Assembly: GCA_964016885.1 (NCBI GenBank)
Contig: OZ024747.1
Location: 53,196,001 to 53,260,000 of the forward strand
Reading direction: 5' to 3'
DNA from: Eledone cirrhosa
Taxonomy: Eukaryota
DNA: 64,000 bases
Position 1 is the stretch's first letter. Each line of letters begins with the position of its first letter. Positions 23,935 through 35,900 of this stretch are shown in pieces. A program made the position numbers and the translations under genes. Below the pieces are notes generated by a model that was given only the letters and a program-made list of their open reading frames with translations, was not told the origin of the DNA and did not search any database.

Positions 23935-26900
23935 TAATGGTGTTGTTGCTGGTGGTGTTGTTGTTGTTGCAGGTGGAAGTGGTGACGTTAGTATTGGTTA
24001 TAGTATTGGTCATACTAATGGTGGTGGTTTTGTTGTTGTTCTTAGTGTTGTTGCTGTTGGTGTTAGTGGTGGTGTTGTTAGTGTTACTGTTGTTGTTGGT
24101 GTTAGTGGTGGTGTTAGTGTTATTCTTGTTGTTGGTGTTAGTGGTGGTGTTGTTGGTGTTACTGTTGTTGTTGGTGTTAGTGGTGGTGTTAGTGTTATTC
24201 TTGTTGTTGGTGTTAGTGGTGGTGTTGTTGGTGTTAGTGTTGTTGCTGTTGGTGCTAGTGGTGGTGTTGTTAGTGTTAGTGTTGTTGTTGGTGGTGTTAG
24301 TGGTGGTGTTGTTAGTGTTACTGTTGTTGTTGTTGGTGTTAGTGGTGGTGTTGTTAGTGTTAGTGTTGTTGTTGTTGGTGTTAGTGGTGGTGTTGTTAGT
24401 GTTAGTGTTGTTGTTGTTGGTGTTAGTGGTGGTGTTGTTAGTGTTGTTGTTGTTGGTGTTAGTGGTGGTGTTGTTAGTGTTAGTGTTGTTGCTGTTGGTG
24501 TTAGTGGTGGTGTTGTTAGTGTTAGTGTTGTTGTTGTTGGTGTTAGTGGTGGTGTTGTTAGTGTTAGTGTTGTTGTTGTTGGTGTTAGTGGTGGTGTTGT
24601 TAGTGTTACTGTTGTTGTTGTTGGTGTTAGTGGTGGTGTTGTTAGTGTTAGTGTTGTTGTTGTTGGTGTTAGTGGTGGTGTTGTTAGTGTTAGTGTTGTT
24701 GTTGTTGGTGTTAGTGGTGGTGTTGTTAGTGTTAGTGTTGTTGTTGGTGGTGTTAGTGGTGGTGTTGTTAGTGTTACTGTTGTTGTTGTTGGTGTTAGTG
24801 GTGGTGTTGTTAGTGTTACTGTTGTAGTTGGTGTTAGTGGTGGTGTTGTTAGTGTTACTGTTGTTGTTGTTGGTGTTAGTGGTGGTGTTGTTAGTGTTAG
24901 TGTTGTTGTTGTTGGTGTTAGTGGTGGTGTTGTTAGTGTTACTGTTGTTGTTGTTGGTGTTAGTGGTGGTGTTGTTAGTGTTACTGTTGTTGTTGTTGGT
25001 GTTAGTGGTGGTGTTGTTAGTGTTACTGTTGTTGTTGTTGGTGTTAGTGGTGGTGTTGTTAGTGTTACTGTTGTTGTTGTTGGTGTTAGTGGTGGTGTTG
25101 TTAGTGTTAGTGTTGTTGTTGTTGGTGTTAGTGGTGGTGTTGTTAGTGTTACTGTTGTTGTTGTTGGTGTTAGTGGTGGTGTTGTTAGTGTTACTGTTGT
25201 TGTTGTTGGTGTTAGTGGTGGTGTTGTTAGTGTTACTGTTGTTGCTGTTGGTGTTAGTGGTGGTGTTGTTAGTGTTACTGTTGTTGTTGTTGGTGTTAGT
25301 GGTGGTGTTGTTAGTGTTACTGTTGTTGTTGTTGGTGTTAGTGGTGGTGTTGTTAGTGTTACTGTTATTGTTGGTGGTGTTAGTGGTGGTGTTGTTAGTG
25401 TTACTGTTGTTGTTGTTGGTGTTAGTGGTGGTGTTGTTAGTGTCACTGTTGTTGTTGTTGGTGTTAGTGGTGGTGTTGTTAGTGTTACTGTTGTTGTTGT
25501 TGGTGTTAGTGGTGGTGTTGTTAGTGTTACTGTTGTTGTTGGTGGTGTTAGTGGTGGTGTTGTTAGTGTTACTGTTGTTGTTGTTGGTGTTAGTGGTGGT
25601 GTTGTTGGTGTTAGTGTTGTTGTTGTTGGTGTTAGTGGTGGTGTTGTTGGTGTTAGTGTTGTTGTTGTTGGTGATAGCGGTGGTGTTGTTAGTGTTACTG
25701 TTGTTGTTGTTGGTGTTAGTGGTGGTGTTGTTAGTGTTACTGTTGTTGTTGTTGGTGTTAGCGGTGGTGGTGTTAGTGTTAGTGTTGTTGTTGTTGGTGA
25801 TAGCGGTGGTGTTTTTAGTGTTACTGTTGTTGTTGTTGGTGTTAGCGGTGGTGGTGTTGTTGGTGTTAGCGGTGGTGTTGTTAGTGTTACTGTTGTTGTT
25901 GTTGGTGATAGCAGTGGTGTTGTTAGTGTTACTGTTGTTGTTGTTGGTGATAGCGGTGGTGTTGTTAGTGTTACTGTTGTTGTTGGTGGTGTTAGTGGTG
26001 GTGTTGTTAGTGTTACTGTTGTTGTTGTTGGTGATAGCGGTGGTGTTGTTAGTGTTACTGTTGTTGTTGGTGGTGTTAGTGGTGGTGTTGTTAGTGTTAC
26101 TGTTGCTGCTGTTGGTGTTAGTGGTGGTGTTGTTAGTGTTACTGTTGTTGTTGTTGGTGTTAGTGGTGGTGTTGTTAGTGTTACTGTTGTTGTTGGTGGT
26201 GTTAGTGGTGGTGTTGTTAGTGTTACTGTTGTTGTTGTTGGTGATAGCGGTGGTGTTGTTAGTGTTACTGTTGCTGCTGTTGGTGTTAGTGGTGGTGTTG
26301 TTAGTGTTACTGTTGTTGTTGGTGGTGTTAGTGGTGGTGTTGTTAGTGTTACTGTTGTTGTTGTTGGTGATAGCGGTGGTGTTGTTAGTGTTACTGTTGT
26401 TGTTGTTGGTGTTAGTGGTGGTGTTGTTAGTGTTACTGTTGTTGTTGTTGGTGATAGCGGTGGTGTTGTTAGTGTTACTGTTGTTGTTGGTGGTGTTAGT
26501 GGTGGTGTTGTTAGTGTTACTGTTGTTGTTGTTGGTGTTAGCGGTGGTGTTGTTGGTGTTAGTGTTGTTGTTGTTGGTGTTAGCGGTGGTGTTTTTAGTG
26601 TTACTGTTGTTGTTGTTGGTGTTAGCGGTGGTGTTGTTGGTGTTAGTGTTGTTGTTGTTGGTGTTAGTGGTGGTGTTGTTGGTGATAGCGGTGGTGTTTT
26701 TAGTGTTACTGTTGTTGTTGTTGGTGTTAGCGGTGGTGGTGTTGTTGGTGTTAGCGGTGGTGTTGTTAGTGTTACTGTTGTTGTTGTTGGTGATAGCGGT
26801 GGTGTTGTTAGTGTTACTGTTGTTGTTGTTGGTGATAGCGGTGGTGTTGTTAGTGTTACTGTTGTTGTTGGTGGTGTTAGTGGTGGTGTTGTTAGTGTTA

Positions 26901-29900
26901 CTGTTGTTGTTGTTGGTGATAGCGGTGGTGTTGTTAGTGTTACTGTTGTTGTTGGTGGAGTTAGTGGTGGTGTTGTTAGTGTTACTGTTGATGCTGTTGG
27001 TGTTAGTGGTGGTGTTGTTAGTGTTACTGTTGTTGTTGTTGGTGATAGCGGTGGTGTTGTTAGTGTTACTGTTGTTGTTGTTGGTGTTAGTGGTGGTGTT
27101 GTTAGTGTTACTGTTGTTGTTGTTGGTGATAGAGGTGGTGTTGTTAGTGTTACTGTTGTTGTTGGTGGGGTTGTTAGTGTTACTGTTGTTGCTGTTGGTG
27201 TTAGTGGTGGTGTTGTTAGTGTTACTGTTGTTGCTGTTGGTGTTAGTGGTGGTGTTGTTAGTGTTACTGTTGTTGTTCTTGGTGTTAGTGGTGGTGTTGT
27301 TAGTCTTACTGTTGTTGTTGGTGTTATTGGTGATGTTGTTAGTGTTAGTGTTGTTGTTGTTGGTGTTATTGGTGGTGTTGTTAGTGTCACTGTTGTTGTT
27401 GTTGGTGTTAGTGGTGGTGTTGTTAGTGTTAGTGTTGTTGCTGTTGGTGTTAGTGGTGGTGTTGTTAGTGTTACTGTTGTTGTTGTTGGTGTTAGCGGTG
27501 GTGTTGTTAGTGTTAGTGTTGTTGCTGTTGGTGTTAGTGGTGGTGTTGTTAGTGTTAGTGTTGTTGCTGTTGGTGTTATTGGTGGTGTTGTTAGAGTTAC
27601 TGTTGTTGTTGTTGGTGTTAGTGGTGGTGTTGTTAGTGTTAGTGTTGTTGTTGTTGGTGTTAGTGGTGGTGTTGTTAGTGTTACTGTTGTTGTTGTTGAT
27701 GTTAGTGGTGGTGTTGTTAGTGTTACTGTTGTTGTTGTTGGTGTTATTGGTGATGTTGTTAGTGTTAGTGTTGTTGTTGGTGTTAGTGGTGGTGTTGTTA
27801 GTGTTACTGTTGTTGTTGTTGGTGTTAGTGGTGGTGTTGTTACTGTTAGTGTTGTTGCTGTTAGTGTTAGTGGTGGCGTTGTTAGTGTTACTGTTGTTGT
27901 TGGTGTTATTGGTGGTGTTGTTAGTGTTAGTGTTGTTACTGTTGGTGTTAGTGTTAGTGGTGGTGTTGTTAGTGTTGTTGTTGTTGTTGTTGTTGTTGGT
28001 GGTGTTAGTGGTGGTGTTGTTAGTGTTAGTGTTGTTGTTGTTGGTGTTAGTGGTGGTGTTGTTAGTGTTACTGTTGTTGTTGTTAGTGTTAGTGTTAGTG
28101 GTGGTGTTGTTAGTGTTGTTGTTGTTGTTGTTGTTGGTGGTGGTGGTGTTAGTGGTGGTGTTGTTAGTGTTACTGTTGTTGTTGTTAGTGTTAGTGTTAG
28201 TGGTGGTGTTGTTAGTGTTGTTGTTGTTGTTGTTGGTGGTGGTGGTGTTAGTGGTGGTGTTGTTAGTGTTAGTGTTGTTGTTGTTGGTGTTAGTGGTGGT
28301 GTTGTTAGTGTTACTGTTGTTGTTGTTGGTGTTATTGGTGGTGTTGTTAGTGTTACTGTTGTTGTTGTTGGTGTTAGTGGTGGTGTTGTTATTGTTAGTG
28401 TTGTTGCTGTTAGTGTTAGTGGTGGCGTTGTTAGTGTTACTGTTGTTGTTGGTGTTAGTGGTGGTGTTGTTAGTGTTAGTGTTGTTGTTGTTGGTGTTAG
28501 TGGTGGGGTTGTTAGTGTTACTGTTGTTGTTGGTGGTGTTAGTGTTGGTGTTGTTAGTGTTACTGTTGTTGCTGTTGGTGTTAGTGGTGGTGTTGTTAGT
28601 GTTACTGTTGTTGTTGTTGGTGTTAGTGGTGGTGTTGTTAGTGTTACTGTTGTTGTTGGTGTTATTGGTGATGTTGTTAGTGTTAGTGTTGTTGTTGTTG
28701 GTGTTATTGGTGGTGTTGTTAGTGTTACTGTTGTTGTTGTTGGTGTTAGTGGTGGTGTTGTTAGTGTTAGTGTTGTTGCTGTTGGTGTTAGTGGTGGTGT
28801 TGTTAGTGTTACTGTTGTTGTTGTTGGTGTTAGTGGTGGTGTTGTTAGTGTTAGTGTTGTTGCTGTTGGTGTTAGTGGTGGTGTTGTTAGTGTTAGTGTT
28901 GTTGCTGTTGTTGGTGTTAGTGGTGGTGTTGTTAGTGTTACTGTTGTTGCTGTTGGTGTTAGTGGTGGTGTTGTTAGTGTTAATGTTGTTGTTGTTGGTG
29001 TTAGTGGTGGTGTTGTTAGTGTTACTGTTGTTGTTGGTGTTAGTGGTGGTGTTGTTAGTGTTACTGTTGTTGTTGTTGGTGTTAGTGGTGGTGTTGTTAG
29101 TGTTACTGTTGTTGTTGTTGGTGTTAGTGGTGATGTTGTTAGTGTTAGTGTTGTTGTTGGTGTTAGTGGTGGTGTTGTTAGTGTTACTGTTGTTGTTGTT
29201 GGTGTTAGTGGTGGTGTTGTTACTGTTAGTGTTGTTGCTGTTAGTGTTAGTGGTGGCGTTGTTAGTGTTACTGTTGTTGTTGGTGTTATTGGTGGTGTTG
29301 TTAGTGTTAGTGTTGTTACTGTTGGTGTTAGTGTTAGTGGTGGTGTTGTTAGTGTTGTTGTTGTTGTTGTTGGTGGTGTTAGTGGTGGTGTTGTTCGTGT
29401 TAGTGTTGTTGTTGTTGGTGTTAGTGGTGGTGTTGTTAGTGTTACTGTTGTTGTTGTTAGTGTTAGTGTTAGTGGTGTTGTTGTTAGTGTTGTTGTTGTT
29501 GTTGGTGGTGGTGTTAGTGGTGGTGTTGTTAGTGTTACTGTTGTTGTTGTTAGTGTTAGTGTTAGTGGTGGTGTTGTTAGTGTTGTTGTTGTTGTTGTTG
29601 GTGGTGGTGGTGTTAGTGGTGGTGTTGTTAGTGTTAGTGTTGTTGTTGTTGGTGTTAGTGGTGGTGTTGTAAGTGTTACTGTTGTTGTTGTTGGTGTTAT
29701 TGGTGGTGTTGTTAGTGTTACTGCTGTTGTTGTTGGTGTTAGTGGTGGTGTTGTTATTGTTAGTGTTGTTGCTGTTAGTGTTAGTGGTGGCGTTGTTAGT
29801 GTTACTGTTGTTGTTGGTGTTAGTGGTGGTGTTGTTAGTGTTAGTGTTGTTGTTGTTGGTGTTAGTGGTGGGGTTGTTAGTGTTACTGTTGTTGTTGGTG

Positions 29901-32900
29901 GTGTTAGTGGTGGTGTTGTTAGTGTTACTGTTGTTGCTGTTGGTGTTAGTGGTGGTGTTGTTAGTGTTACTGTTGTTGTTGTTGGTGTTAGTGGTGGTGT
30001 TGTTAGTGTTACTGTTGTTGTTGGTGTTATTGGTGATGTTGTTAGTGTTAGTGTTGTTGTTGTTGGTGTTATTGGTGGTGTTGTTAGTGTTACTGTTGTT
30101 GTTGTTGGTGTTAGTGGTGGTGTTGTTAGTGTTAGTGTTGTTGTTGTTGGTGTTAGTGGTGGTGTTGTTAGTGTTAGTGTTGTTGCTGTTGGTGTTAGTG
30201 GTGGTGTTGTTAGTGTTAGTGTTAGTGTTGTTGCTGTTGTTGGTGTTAGTGGTGGTGTTGTTAGTGTTACTGTTGTTGCTGTTGGTGTTAGTGGTGGTGT
30301 TGTTAGTGTTACTGTTGTTGTTGTTGGTGTTAGTGGTGGTGTTGTTAGTGTTACTGTTGTAGTTGGTGTTAGTGGTGGTGTTGTTAGTGTTACTGTTGTT
30401 GTTGTTGGTGTTAGTGGTGGTGTTGTTAGTGTTACTGTTGTTGTTGTTGGTGTTAGTGGTGGTGTTGTTAGTGTTACTGTTGTTGTTGTTGGTATTAGTG
30501 GTGGTGTTGTTAGTGTTACTGTTGTTGTTGTTGGTGTTAGTGGTGGTGTTGTTAGTGTTACTGTTGTTGTTGGTGGTGTTAGTGGTGCTGTTGTTAGTGT
30601 TAGTGTTGTTGTTGTTGGTGTTAGTGGTGGAGTTGTTAGTGTTACTGTTGTTGTTGTTGGTGTTAGTGGTGGAGTTGTTAGTGTTACTGTTGTTGTTGTT
30701 GGTGTTAGTTGTGGTGTTGTTAGTGTTAGTGTTGTTGTTGGTGGTGTTAGTGGTGGTGTTGTTAGTGTTACTGTTGTTGTTGGTGGTGTTAGTGGTGGTA
30801 GTGTTAGTGTTTCTGTTGTTGTTGTTGGTGTTAGTGGTGGTGTTGTTAGTGTTACTGTTGTTGTTGTTGGTATTAGTGGTGGTGTTGTTAGTGTTACTGT
30901 TGTTGTTGTTGGTGTTAGTGGTGGTGTTGTTAGTGTTACTGTTGTTGTTGGTGGTGTTAGTGGTGCTGTTGTTAGTGTTACTGTTGTTGGTGTTGGTGTT
31001 AGTGGTGGTGTTGTTAGTGTTAGTGTTGTTGCTATTGGTGTTAGTGGTGGAGTTGTTAGTGTTACTGTTGTTGTTGTTGGTGTTAGGGGTGGTGTTGTTA
31101 GTGTTACTGTTGGTGTTGGTGTTAGTGGTGGTGTTGTTAGTGTTACTGTTGGTGTTGGTGTTAGTGGTGGTGTTGTTAGTGTTACTGTTGTTGTTGTTGG
31201 TGTTAGGGGTGGTGTTGTTAGTGTTAGTGTTGTTGCTATTGGTGTTAGTGGTGGAGTTGTTAGTGTTACTGTTGGTGTTGGTGTTAGTGATGGTGTTGTT
31301 AGCGTTACTGTTGTTGGTGTTGGTGTTAGTGGTGGTATTGTTAGTGTTTCTGTTGTTGTTGTTGGTGTTAGTGGTGGTGTTGTTAGTGTTAGTGTTGTTG
31401 CTATTGGTGTTAGTGGTGGAGTTGTTAGTGTTACTGTTGGTGTTGGTGTTAGTGATGGTGTTGTTAGCGTTACTGTTGTTGGTGTTGGTGTTAGTGGTGG
31501 TGTTGTTAGTGTTTCTGTTGTTGTTGTTGGTGTTAGTGGTGGAGTTGTTAGTGTTACTTTTGTTGTTGTTGTTAGTGTTACTGTTGTTGCTGTTGCTGTT
31601 AGTGGTGGTGTTGTTAGTGTTACTGTTGTTGTTGTTGTTGGTGTTGTTAGTGTTAGTGGTGGTGTTGTTAGTGTTACTGTTGTTGTTGTTGGTGTTATTG
31701 GTGGTGTTGTTAGTGTTACTGTTGTTGTTGTTGGTGTTAGTGGTGGTGTTGTTATTGTTAGTGTTGTTGCTGTTAGTGTTAGTGGTGGTGTTGTTAGTGT
31801 TACTGTTGTTGTTGGTGTTAGTGGTGGTGTTGTTAGTGTTACTGTTGTTGCCGTTGGTGTTACTGGTGGTGTTGTTAGTGTTAGTTTTGTTGTTGTTGGT
31901 ATTAGTGGTGGTGTTGTTAGTGGTACTGTTGTTGTTGTTGGTGTTAGTGGTGTTGTTGTTAGTGTTAGTGTTGTTGTTGGTGGTGTTAGTGGTGGTGTTG
32001 TTAGTGTTAGTGTTGTTGTTGTTGCCGTTAGTGGTAGTGTTGTTAGTGTTACTGTTGTTGTTGGTGTTAGTGGTTGTGTTGTTAGTGTTAGTGTTGTTGT
32101 TGTTGGTGTTAGTGGTGGTGTTGTTAGTGTTACTGTTGTTGTTGTTGGTGTTATTGGTGATGTTGTTAGTGTTAGTGTTGTTGTTGTTGGTGTTAGTGGT
32201 GGAGTTGTTAGTGTTACTGTTGTTGTTGGTGTTAGTGGTGGTGTTGTTAGTGTTACTGTTGTTGTTGTTGGTGTTAGTGGTGGTGTTGTTAGTGTTTCTG
32301 TTGTTGTTGGAGGTGTTAGTGTTGGTGTTGTTAGTATTATTGTTGTTGTTGTTGTTGGTGTTAGTGGTGGTGTTGGTAGTGTTACTGTTGTTGTTGTTGG
32401 TGTTAGTGGTGGGGTTTTTAGTGTTACTGTTGTTGTTGTTGGTGTTAATGGTGGTGTTGTTAGTGTTACTGTTGTTGTTGTTGGTGTTAGTGGTGGTGTT
32501 GTTAGTGTTACTGTTGTTGTTGTTGGTGTTAGTGGTGGTGTTGTTAGTGTTACTGTTGTTGTTGTTGGTGTTAGTGGTGGTGTTGTTAGTGTTAGTGTTG
32601 TTGGTGTTGGTGTTAGTGGTGGTGTTGTTAGTGTTACTGTTGTTATTGGTGTTAGTGGTGGTGTTGTTAGTGTTACTGTTGTTGCTGTTGCTGTTAGTGG
32701 TGGTGTTGTTAGTGTTACTGTTGTTGTTGTTATTGTTGGTGTTGTTAGTGTTAGTGGTGCGGTTGTTAATGTTACTGTTGTTGTTGTTGGTGTTAGTGGT
32801 GGGGTTGTTAGTGATAGTGTTGTTGTTGTTGCTGTTAGTGGTGGTGTTGTTAGTGTTACTGTTGTTGTTGTTGGTGTTAGTGGTGGTGGTGTTGTTAGTG

Positions 32901-35900
32901 TTACTGTTGTTGTTGTTGATGGTGTTAGTGGTGGTGTTGTTAGTGTTACTGTTGTTGTTGTTTGTGTTAGTGGTGGTGTTGTTAGTGTTACTGTTGTTGT
33001 TGTTGTTGGTGTTAGTGGTGGTGTTGTTAGTGTTACTGTTGTTGTTGTTGGTGTTAGTGGTGGTGTTGTTAGTGTTACTGTTGTTGTTGTTGTTGTTGTT
33101 AGTGGTGGTGTTGTTAGTCGTACTGTTGTTGTTGTTGGTGTTAGTGGTGGTGTTGTTAGTGTTACTGTTGTTGTTGTTGGTGTTAGTGGTGGTGTTGTTA
33201 GTGTTACTGTTGTTGTTGTTGGTGTTAGTGGTGGTGTTTTTAGTGTTACTGTTGTTGTTGTTTGTGTTAGTGGTGGTGTTGTTAGTGTTACTGTTGTTGG
33301 AGATACTGGTGGTGTCGTTAGTGTTAGTGTTGTTGTTAGTGGTGTTAGTGGTGGTGTTGTTAGTGTTACTGTTGTTGTTGTTGGTGTTTCTGTTGTTGTT
33401 AGTGGTGTTAGTGGTGGTGTTTTTAGTGTTACTGTTGTTGTTGTTTGTGTTAGTGGTGGTGTTGTTATTGTTAGTGTTGTTGTTGGTGGTGTTAGTGGTG
33501 GTGTTGTTACTGTTAGTGTTGTTGCTATTGGTGTTAGTGGTGGAGTTGTTAGTGTTACTGTTGTTGTTGTTGGTGTTAGGGGTGGTGTTGTTACTGTTAC
33601 TGTTGGTGTTGGTGTTAGTGGTGGTGTTGTTAGTGTTACTGTTGTTGTTGTTGGTGTTAGGGGTGGTGTTGTTAGTGTAAGTGTTGTTGCTATTGGTGTT
33701 AATGGTGGAGTTGTTAGTGTTACTGTTGGTGTTGGTGTTAGTGGTGGTGTTGTTAGAGTTACTGTTGTTGGTGTTGGTGTTAGTGGTGGTGTTGTTAGTG
33801 TTAGTGTTGTTGCTATTGGTGTTAGTGGTGGAGTTGTTAGTGTTACTTTTGTTGTTGTTGTTAGTGTTACTGTTGTTGCTGTTGCTGTTAGTGGTGGTGT
33901 TGTTAGTGGTACTGTTGTTGTTGTTGTTGGTGTTGTTAGTGTTAGTGGTGGGGTTGTTAGTGTTACTTTTGTTGTTGTTGTTGTTGGTGTTAATGGTGGG
34001 GTTGTTAGTGTTACTGTTGTTGTTGTTGGTGTTAGTGGTGGGGTTGTTAGTGTTAGTGTTGTTGTTGTTGCTGTTAGTAGTGGTGTTGTTAGTGTTACTG
34101 TTGTTGTTGGTGTTAGTGGTGGTAGTGTTGTTAGTGTTACTGTTGTTGTTGTTGGTGTTTGTGGTGGTGTTGTTAGTGTTACTGTTGTTGTTGTTGGTGT
34201 TAGTGGTGGCGTTGTTAGTGTTACTGTTGTTGTTGTTGCTGTTAGTGGTGGTGCTGTTAGTGTTACTGTTGTTGTTGTTGGTGTTATTGGTGGAGTTGTT
34301 AGTGTTACTGTTGTTGTTGTTGGTGTTATTGGTGGTGTTGTTAGTGTTACTGTTGTTGTTGGTGTTAGTGGTGGTGTTGTTAGTGTTACTGTTGTTGTTG
34401 GTGTTAGTGGTGGTGTTGTTAGTGTTACTGTTGTTGTTGTTGGTGTTATTGGTGGAGTTGTTAGTGTTACCGTTGTTGTTGTTGGTGTTATTGGTGGTGT
34501 TGTTAGTGTTACTGTTGTTGTTGGTGTTAGTGGTGGTGTTGTTAGTGTTACTGTTGTTGTTGGTGTTAGTGGTGGTGTTGTTAGTCTTACTGTTGTTGTT
34601 GGTGTTAGTGGTGGTGTTGTTAGTGTTACTGTTGTTGTTGTTGGTGTTAGTGGTGGTGTTGTTAGTGTTACTGTTGTTGTTGTTGGTGTTATTGGTGGAG
34701 TTGTTAGTGTTACTGTTGTTGTTGTTGGTGTTATTGGTGGAGTTGTTAGTGTTACTGTTGTTGTTGTTGGTGTTAGTGGTGGTGTTGTTAGTGTTACTGT
34801 TGTTGTTGTTGGTGTTAGTGGTGGTGTTGTTAGTGTTAGTGTTGTTGTTGTTGGTATTAGTGGTGGTGTTGTTAGTGTTAGTGTTGTTGTTGTTGGTATT
34901 AGTGGTGGTGTTGTTAGTGTTACTGTTGTTGTTGTTGGTGTTAGTGGTGGTGTTGTTAGTGTTACTGTTGTTGTTGATGGTGTTAGTGGTGGTGTTGTTA
35001 GTGTCAGTGTTGTTGTTGTTGGTATTAGTGGTGGTGTTGTTAGTGTTACTGTTGTTGTTGTTGGTGTTAGTGGTGGTGTTGTTAGTGTTACTGTTGTTGT
35101 TGTTGGTGTTATTGGTGGAGTTGTTAGTGTTACTGTTGTTGTTGTTGGTGTTATTGGTAGAGTTGTTAGTGTTACTGTTGTTGTTGTTGGTGTTAGTGGT
35201 GGTGTTGTTAGTGTTACTGTTGTTGTTGTTGGTGTTAGTGGTGGTGTTGTTAGTGTTAGTGTTGTTGTTGTTGGTATTAGTGGTGGTGTTGTTAGTGTTA
35301 GTGTTGTTGTTGTTGGTATTAGTGGTGGTGTTGTTAGTGTTACTGTTGTTGTTAGTGGTGGTGTTGTTAGTGTTACTGTTGTTGTTGTTGGTGTTATTGG
35401 TGGAGTTGTTAGTGTTACTGTTGTTGTTGTTGGTGTTATTGGTGGAGTTGTTAGTGTTACTGTTGTTGTTGTTGGTGTTATTGGTGGAGTTGTTAGTGTT
35501 ACTGTTGTTGTTGTTGGTGTTAGTGGTGGTGTTGTTAGTGTTACTGTTGTTGTTTGTGTTATTGGTGATGTTGTTAGTGTTACTGTTGTTGTTGTTGGTG
35601 TTAGTGGTGGTGTTGTTAGTGTTAGTGTTGTTGTTGTTGGTGTTATTGGTGGAGTTGTTAGTGTTACTGTTGTTGTTGTTGGTGTTATTGGTGGAGTTGT
35701 TAGTGTTACTGTTGTTGTTGTTGGTGTTATTGGTGGTGTTGTTAGTGTTACTGTTGTTGTTGTTGGTGTTAGTGGTGGTGTTGTTAGTGTTACCGTTGTT
35801 GTTTGTGTTATTGGTGATGTTGTTAGTGTTACTGTTGTTGTTGTTGGTGTTAGTGGTGGTGTTGTTAGTGTTAGTGTTGTTTTTGTTGGTATTAGTGGTG